DNA of 61,963 nt from IMG/VR virus record IMGVR_UViG_3300050331_000115, positions 1 through 61,963 of that record. One strand, written 5' to 3'. Both the position numbers and the translations under genes were made by a program. A model generated the notes under the pieces. It did no database searches and had not been told where the DNA came from. It saw nothing but the letters and a program-made list of their open reading frames with translations. Source of the DNA: a virus. Its lineage: Duplodnaviria; Caudoviricetes. Position 1 is the stretch's first letter, and every line of letters starts with the position of its first letter. Shown here piece by piece: positions 38,249-47,927 of the stretch.

Positions 38249-38728
38249 CTACACTGCCTCGGGTTCTGCATTTTGCTTATTATCATTCGCCGCCAACCAC
38301 CCGCACACCAGCCCCACCGCGGCAGCAGCAGCCTCCTCCTCTGTGGAGGCGCGGACCACCTCGACGGTGTGACCGATCGCGCGCAGGGCGTCGTGCCGCT
38401 CGACCTGTGCCGGCGACAAGCGCCCTTTGGCAGTTTTGTTCTCGATGAACGCGCACCGCCCGCCAGGCAGGAAGATGGTGAGATCCGGGTGCCCCGCGGT
38501 TAGTCCGGTTGCCTTCGCCTTTACCTGCTCCTGCGGCCCGCGGCGCCCTGCCTCCATGCCACCAACCAATAGGAATTGTCTGCCGTAGGTGGGCAGGGCG
38601 CGCAGTGACCGAATTTGGGCGGCTTGTAAGCGCCACTCGAGCACCGGCGCCTCGACAAGCGTTGTTTTTACGACGCGGCTGCCGTTTGGCAGGGTCGTCG
38701 TGGTGCATTTGAGGCGGGTGCGGGTCAA
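38249..38728 (-). CDS. VRR-NUC domain nuclease
   Basis: GLTAGHPDL, FIENKT, GRLSPAQ; ends AANDNKQNAEPEAV. Confidence 0.88.
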   Translation of the reverse strand: MTRTRLKCTTTTLPNGSRVVKTTLVEAPVLEWRLQAAQIRSLRALPTYGRQFLLVGGMEAGRRGPQEQVKAKATGLTAGHPDLTIFLPGGRCAFIENKTAKGRLSPAQVERHDALRAIGHTVEVVRASTEEEAAAAAVGLVCGWLAANDNKQNAEPEAV

Positions 38729-39000
38729 GGTTCGAGCGCCTTGTCGATCATGGCTTGCCATGCCTCCGTCATGGCCCACGATGTTACGCCGTCGCCGTCC
38801 ACCTCGTCTGTGGTCGCCATCCCTCGACGCACCACCTCCGCAGCCGGCTCCCGCATGGCCTCGATGGCAGCGCGGGCGAGGTCGCGGCACACGTCCACCC
38901 CCAAAGCCTGCGTCCGCATATGCGACCCCGGCTCTCTCCCAGCCGTTGGGGAACGGTCGCGGATCGCCCTCGCCACTCGCTCGATCATCTCGCTTGCCAT
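38725..39000 (-). CDS. Hypothetical protein
   Basis: MIERVARAI...ARAAIEAMREP...WQAMIDKAL. Confidence 0.7.
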   Translation of the reverse strand: MASEMIERVARAIRDRSPTAGREPGSHMRTQALGVDVCRDLARAAIEAMREPAAEVVRRGMATTDEVDGDGVTSWAMTEAWQAMIDKALEP

Positions 39001-39002
39001 CG

Positions 39003-39404
39003 TCACCACCCGTAGTCCTTCCCGTCGTTCACGTCGCGGAAGTTGACGCTTTCCGAGTAGTAGCCATTACTCGATCCGTACCAGCGGATGTCGACGTAAC
39101 CCTTGCCGGTGGCGAGCTTGTAGAACGTCCATGTCGAGGATTCGTCGGTGTACTCATGGTCACCATACTTTTCGGTCTTCGGACTCTCCGTGTCGCTCGA
39201 CTCCTCGGCCACCAGTACCGGCGAGCCGATAAGGTCAGCGAGGTCGCCGTTGATGTCCTCGATCGATACGCTCTCGCAGCAATCCTGCGAATGGTACATC
39301 AAGTATTCGCCGCCGTCGGCGGTCTTGAACCTGATCTCGTCCTTCACGTCGTTCACTTCGACGGCGGTCAACGTCTTGCCGATCAGCGTCTCGAACTTTG
39401 CCAT
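39003..39404 (-). CDS. Conserved phage hypothetical protein
   Basis: HSQDCCESV...WTFYKL...[11 protein letters not shown]. Confidence 0.75.
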   Translation of the reverse strand: MAKFETLIGKTLTAVEVNDVKDEIRFKTADGGEYLMYHSQDCCESVSIEDINGDLADLIGSPVLVAEESSDTESPKTEKYGDHEYTDESSTWTFYKLATGKGYVDIRWYGSSNGYYSESVNFRDVNDGKDYGW

Positions 39405-39506
39405 TTGTGGTGCTCCGTGGTGGTGTGGCGGGCTACCCACCCATCCCACCAGCGTTAACACCTGTTCGTCAAGTATGCGCATACATGCGCCCCACACCAT
39501 GCGGCG

Positions 39507-39716
39507 CTAATGCTGTGCCCGCTCCATGAATTCTAAAAGCCGACACGCAAGTTCGATGTACTTCGGCACCTCGCGTGCGCCCGTCAACCTGGGGCGCAAG
39601 CTCTCGCGGTTCCAGCCCAGCAACTCCGCCGCCTCGCGCTCGGAGAGCCGGTCCTTTCCGCGCATCCGGCCCATGCGTTTCATCCAGGCGTTCAGGTCTT
39701 CTTTGGTCATGGTCAT
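39507..39716 (-). CDS. Small HTH DNA-binding protein (Aca-like repressor candidate)
   Basis: LSEREAAELLGWNRESL...VPKYIELAC; operator in its own promoter. Confidence 0.75.
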   Translation of the reverse strand: MTMTKEDLNAWMKRMGRMRGKDRLSEREAAELLGWNRESLRPRLTGAREVPKYIELACRLLEFMERAQH

Positions 39717-39739
39717 GGTGGTGATTCCGTGTGGTGGTG

Positions 39740-39824
39740 TGGCCAATATATAGGCCAGAGAGGCGCGGGTGGCAATCGCATAAATAGGTGTTGACTCCAA
39801 CCTGCAGGCGCATATAGTCGCATT
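39740..39824. promoter_or_regulatory. Divergent promoters; leftward one carries the 18-bp operator
   Basis: TTGCCA-N17-TATATA (-), operator 39740-39757; TTGACT...TATAGT (+). Confidence 0.7.
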
Positions 39825-39857
39825 TATCCACCACCCACCACCACGAAGGAGTCCACC

Positions 39858-40100
39858 ATGACCATCGCTTTCGCCCCATACTGGCGCGGTCTGTCCGACG
39901 ACTACCTCGACCACGCCGGCCGCGCGATCCGCGCGCACTGCTACAACGATGCCATCGACAGCCTGAAGCGCGCCCTGAGCTGCGCCAATCGCGCCAAGGA
40001 TCTCAACCGCGCGGGCCGGTGCTGTGCTGCCATTCGCCGCCTGCAGTGGCTCATGTCGAAGATCCCTGCGGCACCGGCGCCGTGGCAGGAGGTGGCGTGA
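39858..40100 (+). CDS. Hypothetical protein
   Basis: CCA tract plus AAGGAG SD. Confidence 0.65.
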   Translation: MTIAFAPYWRGLSDDYLDHAGRAIRAHCYNDAIDSLKRALSCANRAKDLNRAGRCCAAIRRLQWLMSKIPAAPAPWQEVA

Positions 40101-40459
40101 TGGGCACGAGCAAGCACACGACCGAACGCTGGGTCTACGGTCAGGACTGGGCGCAGCGCAAGACGGGCAGCGCACATTGGTCCATTGGGCTCGACCGCGA
40201 TCCGCTGGACCCGGCCGGGGTAACCGGGTGCAGCCCTGACCGGGAGAGCGACGACTACATGCTTATGACCGGCATCTGCGGCGAGGACCGCGCCCGCCTG
40301 ATCGCCGCCGCGCCGGAACTGCTCTATGCCGCCAAGATCGGTCTCGAGGTGGCCGAAAAATGGATCCGCGATCAATTGGACGGCACCAGCGAACTCGACG
40401 ATGCGCTTTCCGCCCTAGCGCCCGTCCGCGCCGCTCTCGCCAAGGCTGAGGGCGCGTAG
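40100..40459 (+). CDS. Hypothetical protein
   Basis: ARLIAAAPELL...RAALAKAEG phage motif. Confidence 0.7.
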   Translation: MGTSKHTTERWVYGQDWAQRKTGSAHWSIGLDRDPLDPAGVTGCSPDRESDDYMLMTGICGEDRARLIAAAPELLYAAKIGLEVAEKWIRDQLDGTSELDDALSALAPVRAALAKAEGA

Positions 40460-40608
40460 CCAACTAGCAGTTACCACGCCCGGACCTTCCTCCGCCAAGA
40501 CCGATACGGCGGAATCGCAGCAGCGGTTCCCTCTCGCGCAAGCGTAGGGCAAACCTCTCCGGGGACGTGGGTCATGACAGGGGAAAATCGCTGCACTCGG
40601 TAGACTAA

Positions 40609-40642
40609 AGGGGCGCCATCTCAGTGGCGCCCCTACTTCTTT
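40609..40642. terminator. Terminator between convergent units
   Basis: GGGGCGCCA/TGGCGCCCC stem. Confidence 0.7.
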
Positions 40643-40765
40643 ATGCGTCAGGCGGCATAAAGGTGAGTTATACGGTGTAGCGCATAATCGGCGCCCGATC
40701 TTACCCTTTGCGTATCCCAAAGACGGGAAAGTGAGGCTCAATTGTCTTCGCTATTTGCTGCTCTA

Positions 40766-40948
40766 CTAAGAGTACCACTTGCCCACAGCGTCGTATGCGG
40801 CTGCGATGTCGTGATACCCAAGCCTGCGCACGACATCAGAGAGTAGGCCGTCGGCCTCGATATGTGCAGCCTCGAAGTCACTTTTGGCCGCAAGCTCACG
40901 CAGTCGGTCCAACACGTCCTTGCGTTCGTCGTCGGTAATGTCGGTCAT
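40766..40948 (-). CDS. Small hypothetical protein
   Basis: ATGA-coupled to primase; EAAHIEADGLL...KWYS. Confidence 0.7.
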   Translation of the reverse strand: MTDITDDERKDVLDRLRELAAKSDFEAAHIEADGLLSDVVRRLGYHDIAAAYDAVGKWYS

Positions 40949-43122
40949 ATATCCTCTCCTTCTGTTCGCTTTGCCACCCTAACCACCTTCACCATTCTGC
41001 CTGCGTGCCTGGGGTCGTCAGCATCCTCGACAACCAAGACGCCGGACTCGATCCACGCGCGCACCATGTTCGCCACCCTTACCTTCTCTGGCGACTTCGA
41101 CCTCGACACAGGCAGGTCGATCCCGAGCGCCGCCGCGACGGTGTAGCCCACCCACTGTTCGGACTGATCCGACAGGCGACATTCGGTGTTGGCGACGCGC
41201 ACCTTCATCAGTGCAATGCCATCCTCTGGCACGGCGGCGGCGATCTCCTCCTTGCCCGGCCACTCCCACTCGACGACCACGCCGGCGAAGTCCTGCGGCG
41301 CCTGCAGGCCGCGTCCGTTGCCGATCGGCACGCTCTCGAGGCGTCGCCATTCAGCTTCAGCAGAGATGGGCGCCAGGTTCGCCTTGCCGCGCTGCACGTT
41401 GAAGGTACGCATGCGCTCGTCGGCGCTCACACCAGCTTTGGCAGCCTGATCCTCTGTCATCCGGTTCAGCACTCTGGCCGAGCGGACAGCGGCCAGCAGG
41501 GCGCTCGCACCGCGGCCGTCGTCTACCGTGATTTCTCTGCCCTCGGTCTTCTTGACGTGGTGGATGACCTCGATCGCCGCGTCGGTGTCGTCTGCGATCT
41601 GGCTCCACAGCTTCGCCACCCTGTCGATAGCGCCGTTGTCGTTCTCGGCGACGGCATGGCTGGAGACGAACGGATCGATGATCAGCACGTCGATACCGTT
41701 GCTGCGCATCGTATCCATGACCTGGTTCACCACCGGCGTGGCAATGATGGTGCGGTTGCGATCGTCGTGGGCGATGACGATGCCGCGCTCGCGGCCGGTG
41801 TCAATGAATAGCCGGTCGCCGATCTCGTCGGGCTTGATGTTGTAGTGGATGCAGGCGGCCGCGATTCTGCGTTCGAGCTCGTCGCGGGGATCTTCACCAT
41901 TGTACAGCCAGCAGCGCAACGGCTTCACCGGCTTCACGCCGCCGAGCAGCGCGCGGCCGGTGACCATGGAGAGCGCCTCGACGATGGCGAGTGACGACTT
42001 GCCAACGCCGCCTGGCGCCACTGTTACAGACAGGTAACGGCGGATCAGGTGGGTCCCGAACACGAACTCGCGCCGCGGCAGGCTCGACGGGTCCTTCCAC
42101 TCGAACGGCGTGGCGCGGATGGTTTTGTCTTCGAGGGGGCGTGTAGTAGCGCGGTCGCTATCCGCGATTGTGTCCACGTTAGTGAACACGCCGGCATCTT
42201 CGCTCGCCACGGTCTGTGTCTGGCCCTCCAGCACCTTCGCGATCAGTTTGGAAGCCAGCCGGGCGCCCTCCGCAGCCATGCCGTCGTCGGCCTGCTGAGG
42301 GATGGCGCGGGGCTGTGCTGCGCCAGAGTCTAGACCCGACTTGATGGTTTGCCGGGCGGCGCGCTCACCATCCTTGGCTGTGTAGCCGCAAGCAGTGGCC
42401 GCAGCATACAACCGCGCCTCGGCTTCGTGGCGCTGGAGGACGCCGGCACCGACAAAGGTTCCCAAGGCGAACGCAGCATCGTTGAGCGCGCCGTTCCGGC
42501 CGGCGCGCGTCGAAGCCAGCCGGCCGAGTTCGCTGGCGACCGCGGCCTCGACGTAGGAGGTGCTGGGGGCGCCGGCTGTGGCAACAGGTGGCGTGTAGGC
42601 TGGTTTCTTGATGATGTCGATCAGCCACTCGGGGGCGTCGGCGATGGGGGCTGCAGGGTCGGGGCAGTCGTAGAACTCGCCGGTGCCCATGACAGAGCCG
42701 GGTGCCAGGACGTAGCCGCCGTCGCCGCGAATGTCGCAAGCTGGGGCGAACCTGCCGCGGTTGCCGATGCCGTCCACATGCTTGAACAGGAGGTGCTTGC
42801 CGCCGCTCGGCGTGAGCACCGTACGGGTGGGCGGCAGCGGTTCGTGGGTGGCCTCGAGGCGCGCGAGTTCGGCCTCGCCATCGGCGTCTGCTTTTTTATC
42901 GAGGTCGACAACGAAGAACCCAGACGTCGGGCCGGTGGGGATGCCGACTGCGGCTTCGGGGTTATCCCTCCACCAGCGTTCGATGATGAACTTGCGGGTG
43001 GTGGCCGCGCGCAATCCATTACCCGTTAGGGGCGTCTTGGCGGCGCCGTCCGGGGAGTCGGACGCGCGAACGGGGAACACGGGGATGCCCTGTTGCGCGT
43101 AGGAGAGTGCGAGGTCGAGCAT
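40945..43122 (-). CDS. Prim-Pol primase fused to RepA/AAA_25 helicase
   Basis: VVDLD, TPSGGKH, DIRGDGGYV; APGGVGKS, IIDPF, HHVKK, RGASAL. Confidence 0.92.
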   Translation of the reverse strand: MLDLALSYAQQGIPVFPVRASDSPDGAAKTPLTGNGLRAATTRKFIIERWWRDNPEAAVGIPTGPTSGFFVVDLDKKADADGEAELARLEATHEPLPPTRTVLTPSGGKHLLFKHVDGIGNRGRFAPACDIRGDGGYVLAPGSVMGTGEFYDCPDPAAPIADAPEWLIDIIKKPAYTPPVATAGAPSTSYVEAAVASELGRLASTRAGRNGALNDAAFALGTFVGAGVLQRHEAEARLYAAATACGYTAKDGERAARQTIKSGLDSGAAQPRAIPQQADDGMAAEGARLASKLIAKVLEGQTQTVASEDAGVFTNVDTIADSDRATTRPLEDKTIRATPFEWKDPSSLPRREFVFGTHLIRRYLSVTVAPGGVGKSSLAIVEALSMVTGRALLGGVKPVKPLRCWLYNGEDPRDELERRIAAACIHYNIKPDEIGDRLFIDTGRERGIVIAHDDRNRTIIATPVVNQVMDTMRSNGIDVLIIDPFVSSHAVAENDNGAIDRVAKLWSQIADDTDAAIEVIHHVKKTEGREITVDDGRGASALLAAVRSARVLNRMTEDQAAKAGVSADERMRTFNVQRGKANLAPISAEAEWRRLESVPIGNGRGLQAPQDFAGVVVEWEWPGKEEIAAAVPEDGIALMKVRVANTECRLSDQSEQWVGYTVAAALGIDLPVSRSKSPEKVRVANMVRAWIESGVLVVEDADDPRHAGRMVKVVRVAKRTEGEDI

Positions 43123-43123
43123 G

Positions 43124-44845
43124 CTAGGCGACACGGGCGGCCTCGCTGGTGTTGTTGTCGTTGGCGGGTTGGCGCAAGTGCGGCATCAGTCGGTCGATGC
43201 GCTTGCCGAGCCACACAAACATCGGGACTGCCCAAGAATTGCCAAGTGCCTTGTAGCGGGGGCCATCCGGGCAAAGTTCGGCTGGCTTATTGCGCTACGG
43301 GATGGCGGTGTAGTCGTCTGGAAATCCCTGCAACCGCTCGCACTCGACGGGGGTTAGGCGGCGGACTGCCGATGGGGTCATTACCGACTGGATTTGACCG
43401 CCTCCGGTTGGCGACTGTTTGGTGATCGTAAGGGCGCAGTCCTCATTGAACTTGGGAGTCTGCTCCGTGGTGAAGGCAATCGCCGGTGGCGCTCCGGCAT
43501 TCGCGTGGGACTCGGTGTGGCCGCTCGCTCGCAGCGTCGGGCTGACGTCAACGGAGGCGTCGGCGCCGTAGTCTTTGGAGGAGAAGCATACCACCGACGC
43601 GCTCGGATCGGTGCCGGTCGTGAGCGGAGCGGCGCGGTCTCCCTCGCGGTAGACCGCGCCGTCGCCTGCAACTCGGTAGGCTTCTGCCACGATAGGAGTC
43701 CCCCTGCCCGTGCCGTCCTCGCTGGCATCCGCCCCCTCGGCCTTGAGGGTATGCGTCACCGCGCCGGTGACGCATACTGCTTGCGCAACCATCGTCGTGG
43801 TCTCGTAGTCCTGCGATGAACCCTCGCGCGTTGCGACGCAACGCGCGATCTCTGGGGCGTAGACTGCCGGCACATGCGACGTACTCACGGTCGGCGACGG
43901 GTCGCCGGCGGAACCAATGCCAGTGCCTGGAGCACCGCCGCTAGTGCCCTCTGGCCGGTTGTTGGTCATCGTAGCGCCACGGCTCGCCTGGCGCATGTCG
44001 ATGGGGATAGGCATGGCGGCCTCAATCACCCCACCGTCTAGATCGAAGTCGGTTCCAAGTCCGCCACCGCCCTTAGTGCGAGCGCTAATTGTGGGGGCAA
44101 CGTCTTTCCGCGCTTCTCTGCTCGGCGGAGTATACCCCGGCACGCCAAAGAGCTCAAAAAGAACCGCTGCGGGATCTGCCCCGTCTCCAAAATCTGCGAC
44201 AAGGACGACACGACGGCGTCGCTGGGGAACTCCGAAAAATTCTGCGTTCTTGACAGCCCATGCGGCACGACCTTTCGGTCCAGAGACCATACCGTGACTG
44301 GGCCATCTGCGTCCGTCCGGAGGAGGAAGGGCGTCATCTGCGCCGACAAACGCCCCCAGGAGACATCCGAAGGCGTTGTCCTTGGTGTTGAGGACTCCTG
44401 GAACGTTTTCCCAGATGACGTTGCGGAGTCCATTTCCGGGCCGCCGTGCGGCTCGTCCTCCCACATCAGCATCTGCAGCGGATCCATTGTTGCGCGGCGG
44501 CGAGATGCCAGCGAGCTCATGTGCAAGCCTCACGAATTCGAGGGAAAGGTTACCGCGGGCATCGGCCAGCGAGTTGCGTAGGCCGGCGATGCTGAACGCC
44601 TGGCATGGCGTGCCGCCGCAAAGAATGTCCACGCGACCGAGTTGCGTGGTGTCGATCATGGTGAAGTCGCCGAGGTTCGGCACATCAGGGTAGTGGTGCG
44701 CCAGGACGGCGGACGGGAACTTCTCGATCTCGCTGACTGCGACGCACTGCCAGCCGAGAGGCCCCCAAGCTACGGAGGCGGCCTCGATGCCGGAGCAAAC
44801 CGAGAGGAAGCGGATGGGGTCATTATCATTCGCTGCTTCGGTCAA
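43124..44845 (-). pseudogene. C5-cytosine DNA methyltransferase interrupted by in-frame TAG at 43295-43297
   Basis: SVCSGIE, GGTPCQ, WENVPG, PQRRRR, ECERLQGFPDDYT; YKALGNS lies after the TAG in the same frame. Confidence 0.88.
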
Positions 44846-45207
44846 AATGGTACTTCTCCCTCACGAACCTGCTTGCGTATGCTGCTGCCGAACTCCAAAA
44901 TCACCGACGTCACGAACTCGGTGACCTGCTGCTCCGACCAGTCGGCAAGGTCGCTTCCGTTGCGCTCGATCAGCGGGCCGACGGCCTCGATCGCGGCCTG
45001 CACCGCATTGTCCTCGTAGACATCGAAGCGCATGGTGGCCTTGATCTGCTGGATGAGGGGCGCGCACTGCTGACAGATGTAATGGGGGTCGCCGTCACCA
45101 TTCCATCCGAACCCTTCAAGTCCGATGCCGGTGGCGTGTCGGCCGCAGCAGAAACAGGTCGTGGGTTTGTGGAGCGGCGGGCCGTTGGTGGTGGGGGTAT
45201 GGGTCAC
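44842..45207 (-). CDS. Zn-binding hypothetical protein
   Basis: CFCCGR...CQQC; ends EVPF. Confidence 0.65.
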   Translation of the reverse strand: MTHTPTTNGPPLHKPTTCFCCGRHATGIGLEGFGWNGDGDPHYICQQCAPLIQQIKATMRFDVYEDNAVQAAIEAVGPLIERNGSDLADWSEQQVTEFVTSVILEFGSSIRKQVREGEVPF

Positions 45208-45848
45208 GCTGCTTGCTCCAGATTGTCGTTCGCCGCAACCACTTGCGTGGTGGCGGGCACGTGGTCCTTCCAGTCGAACCACTGGATTGCCGGCCGGCCC
45301 TCGTGCCGCTCATCCCAGACGAACCACGCGTGGCAGACGGCCGAGCCGGCTTTCGGCCCATCCCATCCATGGCGGTGCATCATGGGCAGGCGCCGACTGG
45401 AGACATGAACGCGCGCCAGCGACCCGTGCTCGAACCAGAACTGGCGCTTCCCTCCCTCGAGGAACGCCAGGCGCAGGAGCATAGCGACATAGCCGCACTC
45501 CATGAGCGCGCGGTCGACGAACTCCTTGGCGAGTTTGAACGGCGGGTTGGTGATGACGCCCTCGACGTTTGATGGATGTCGACCGTCGCGCACGAAGTCC
45601 AGGCCGCTCATGCTGTCGGGGCACCCGCGGTCCACGAGGTCGGTGGCCTCGACGTTCCACCCTGCTGCGCGCAGCGGCAGGACAATCGCGCCGTCGCCAC
45701 ATGCCGGCTCCCAGATCGTGCCGCGCGGCAACCACTTCGACTCAATGGCGAGCAGCGCATGCACCGCCTCCGGTGGGGTGGCATAGAAGTCGTCGCCGCG
45801 CTCGGCGTGCGTGTGCGTGCCGACGCCGGCCACCATCCTGCTACTCAT
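45204..45848 (-). CDS. Amino (N6-A/N4-C) DNA methyltransferase
   Basis: DFYATP, IWEPACGDG, ITNPPF; ends AANDNLEQAA. Confidence 0.85.
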   Translation of the reverse strand: MSSRMVAGVGTHTHAERGDDFYATPPEAVHALLAIESKWLPRGTIWEPACGDGAIVLPLRAAGWNVEATDLVDRGCPDSMSGLDFVRDGRHPSNVEGVITNPPFKLAKEFVDRALMECGYVAMLLRLAFLEGGKRQFWFEHGSLARVHVSSRRLPMMHRHGWDGPKAGSAVCHAWFVWDERHEGRPAIQWFDWKDHVPATTQVVAANDNLEQAA

Positions 45849-46500
45849 CCTCGCTTCTCCATTCCTTCTTGCCTTCATGTGCCACCACGACCGGCTCAAT
45901 CTTCTTCCCGCCGCGCGCGTCCAGCGACGCCAGCCATTTCTCGTCCAGCTTCCGCGCTGGTTTGTATGCGATCGCATAGTGCGCCTCGCAGTAGTGGCTA
46001 CGCTTGCGCTTCTTCGCGCCGCAGAAGGCTCGTCCGTGGCCGTCGATCGGCCACTGGCATCCTGTGCCGTTGTAGGACGGCTTCTGCCCAGGCAACGGTT
46101 GCCACACCGCCGGGTCGACCGGATCGGCGGGCACTTCCGGTGGGCCGCCACGACGCACCACAACCACCTGTTCCGAGATCCCGCGCATGTTGTTGCGCCA
46201 GGCAAAGTGCCGCAGCGCGGCCGGTGTGATGCCGAGTTCCTTGGCAGTCTCAGACGTCAGTTTGCCGTTGTCGTTCGCGGCCTGGATGTGCTCGGCGCGC
46301 TGCTCGTTGGTCATCCCGTACCAGCCGGTCTTTGGGCGGTTGGCGACGCCGGGGATCTGATGGCGGTAACAAAATCCATGAAGCGCGTTTGGTGTGATGC
46401 TGAAGGCCGCGGCGATCTCGGCCTTGGTGTGGCCGGCGTCACGGAGGTCGGTGACGGCAACGATGCGCGCCGCCGTGGTGAGTTTGGGCCAGGGAGTCAA
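45841..46500 (-). CDS. GcrA-like transcription regulator
   Basis: Two HTH-like repeats plus CQWPI...FCG...YCEAHYAIAY. Confidence 0.75.
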   Translation of the reverse strand: MTPWPKLTTAARIVAVTDLRDAGHTKAEIAAAFSITPNALHGFCYRHQIPGVANRPKTGWYGMTNEQRAEHIQAANDNGKLTSETAKELGITPAALRHFAWRNNMRGISEQVVVVRRGGPPEVPADPVDPAVWQPLPGQKPSYNGTGCQWPIDGHGRAFCGAKKRKRSHYCEAHYAIAYKPARKLDEKWLASLDARGGKKIEPVVVAHEGKKEWRSEDE

Positions 46501-46685
46501 CGCCCCGCCTCAATCAAATACGCACCGACGATGCGACGCACGAAGCCAACCGGCGTCTCGGTCGCTGACTGGCGCAGTGAGACCGTGGCGGCGACCATGG
46601 AGATGGCGCGCTCGTCGATGAATCGGCGGGGCGCCGCCGTAGTGGGCACGACTGCCGCCGGGGCGGCCGTTGCCTCCCCGCTCAT
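46497..46685 (-). CDS. Small hypothetical protein
   Basis: Coupled on both sides. Confidence 0.5.
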   Translation of the reverse strand: MSGEATAAPAAVVPTTAAPRRFIDERAISMVAATVSLRQSATETPVGFVRRIVGAYLIEAGR

Positions 46686-46858
46686 TCTGCACCTGCCTGC
46701 TCGGCCTCGTCGGCGAGCATGGCAAGGTTTGTCGCCTTGTCGAGTTCTTCGCGGGCCGCTCGCGCATCGGTGGGCAGCAGTTCTCGCCACCTGGCGAGGT
46801 GCTGCTTGCCGCGAGCGCGGAGTTCTTCGGGTGTGGCGTGGTGGTGGGTGGTGTTCAT
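46682..46858 (-). CDS. Small hypothetical protein
   Basis: CCA tract plus AGGA SD. Confidence 0.55.
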   Translation of the reverse strand: MNTTHHHATPEELRARGKQHLARWRELLPTDARAAREELDKATNLAMLADEAEQAGAE

Positions 46859-46884
46859 TTCAGCGCATTCCTGTGGTGGTGGCG

Positions 46885-47640
46885 TTAGATGGCTACCTTG
46901 CCCTCGGTAACCTCGAAGCCGGGGATGACACGCAGGCCAGACCGGACGGCTTCTTCTGCCATCTGCTGCGCCAACGCCTCGAAGCGACTGGGGTCTCGGC
47001 CGTAGGCCCAGTCCATGGCCTGCTCGGCGTTCGTCATCCGGGCGCCCCACACCGTTCGCAGGCCGGTTCCAGTGGTGGCGCGCCTCTCCTGCCGGCTAGC
47101 GAAGCGGTCTGCTTCCTTGGCGAGAGCAAGTTGTTCTTCGGCGCGCTCGCGCTCATCGAGGTTGCCAGCCGACGCCCTGATTGCCGCCTCGGCTTCGGCG
47201 CGTAGCGCCTCTGCTTCCAATCTTGCGGCCTCTGCCTTTGCGGCGGCCTCGCGCTGTAACTTCGTGCGCCATGCGGCGAGCAGCGTACTGAGCGACTCCT
47301 TGCCGATCGCTACCTTGCCGCGCTTGGGCTGAACGTATGGGTTCCAGAGTTGCTGGACGGCAGCGGCGGCCTCGTCGTGCGGGCGCTTCTCTTCGACGCG
47401 CAAGGCGTCGGCTCGCTTGCCGGCATCGTGCAGACTGTCATAGAGTTTGGTCAACGCCTCGGCCGCCTCGGGGCTGTCGATGGCATTGCCATCTGCCCAG
47501 TGCCTGGCCTCATCATAGAGGTCGTCGATCTCCTGGCGGACCAAGAAGGCTTCGTCATCGATGGGCGGCCCGCCATTGTGCCCCGCGAATGCGTCGGGCG
47601 TGGGTGCGTCGGCGGGTGTGGTGTCTGCGGTGGTGGTCAT
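46885..47640 (-). CDS. Coiled-coil recombination-module protein
   Basis: GHNGGP, helical, ends IPGFEV. Confidence 0.7.
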   Translation of the reverse strand: MTTTADTTPADAPTPDAFAGHNGGPPIDDEAFLVRQEIDDLYDEARHWADGNAIDSPEAAEALTKLYDSLHDAGKRADALRVEEKRPHDEAAAAVQQLWNPYVQPKRGKVAIGKESLSTLLAAWRTKLQREAAAKAEAARLEAEALRAEAEAAIRASAGNLDERERAEEQLALAKEADRFASRQERRATTGTGLRTVWGARMTNAEQAMDWAYGRDPSRFEALAQQMAEEAVRSGLRVIPGFEVTEGKVAI

Positions 47641-47888
47641 AGCCCGAGCTCCAGTTCGTGGGATTCGCGGGTGTCGGAGAGTTCAGTTTCCAGCGAGTCG
47701 ACCCTCTCGCGCAGCGCCTCGATCTCGGCGAAGGCGCAGTAGATCATCTTGTTGCCGGTGACATCCTGCCACCGCCCGCCATGCCGATAGACATGGCTCT
47801 CCGAGCGGGTCTGGACGTAGCGGTACTTCCCATCCTCGACTGACACGTCGAGCAGGACTTCATTCGGGTCTTGTGGCGTGGTGGTCAT
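47637..47888 (-). CDS. Small hypothetical protein
   Basis: SD GAGGAG. Confidence 0.65.
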   Translation of the reverse strand: MTTTPQDPNEVLLDVSVEDGKYRYVQTRSESHVYRHGGRWQDVTGNKMIYCAFAEIEALRERVDSLETELSDTRESHELELGL

Positions 47889-47927
47889 CGTATGCTCCTC
47901 GCATAAACACGCATAATTTTGGGCAAG

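Noticed and set aside
40546-40575. c-di-GMP-I riboswitch suggested by AGGGCAAACC
   Set aside because: Lacks the GNRA-capped P2 and the GACGCAAAGC continuation; lies 3' of a gene.
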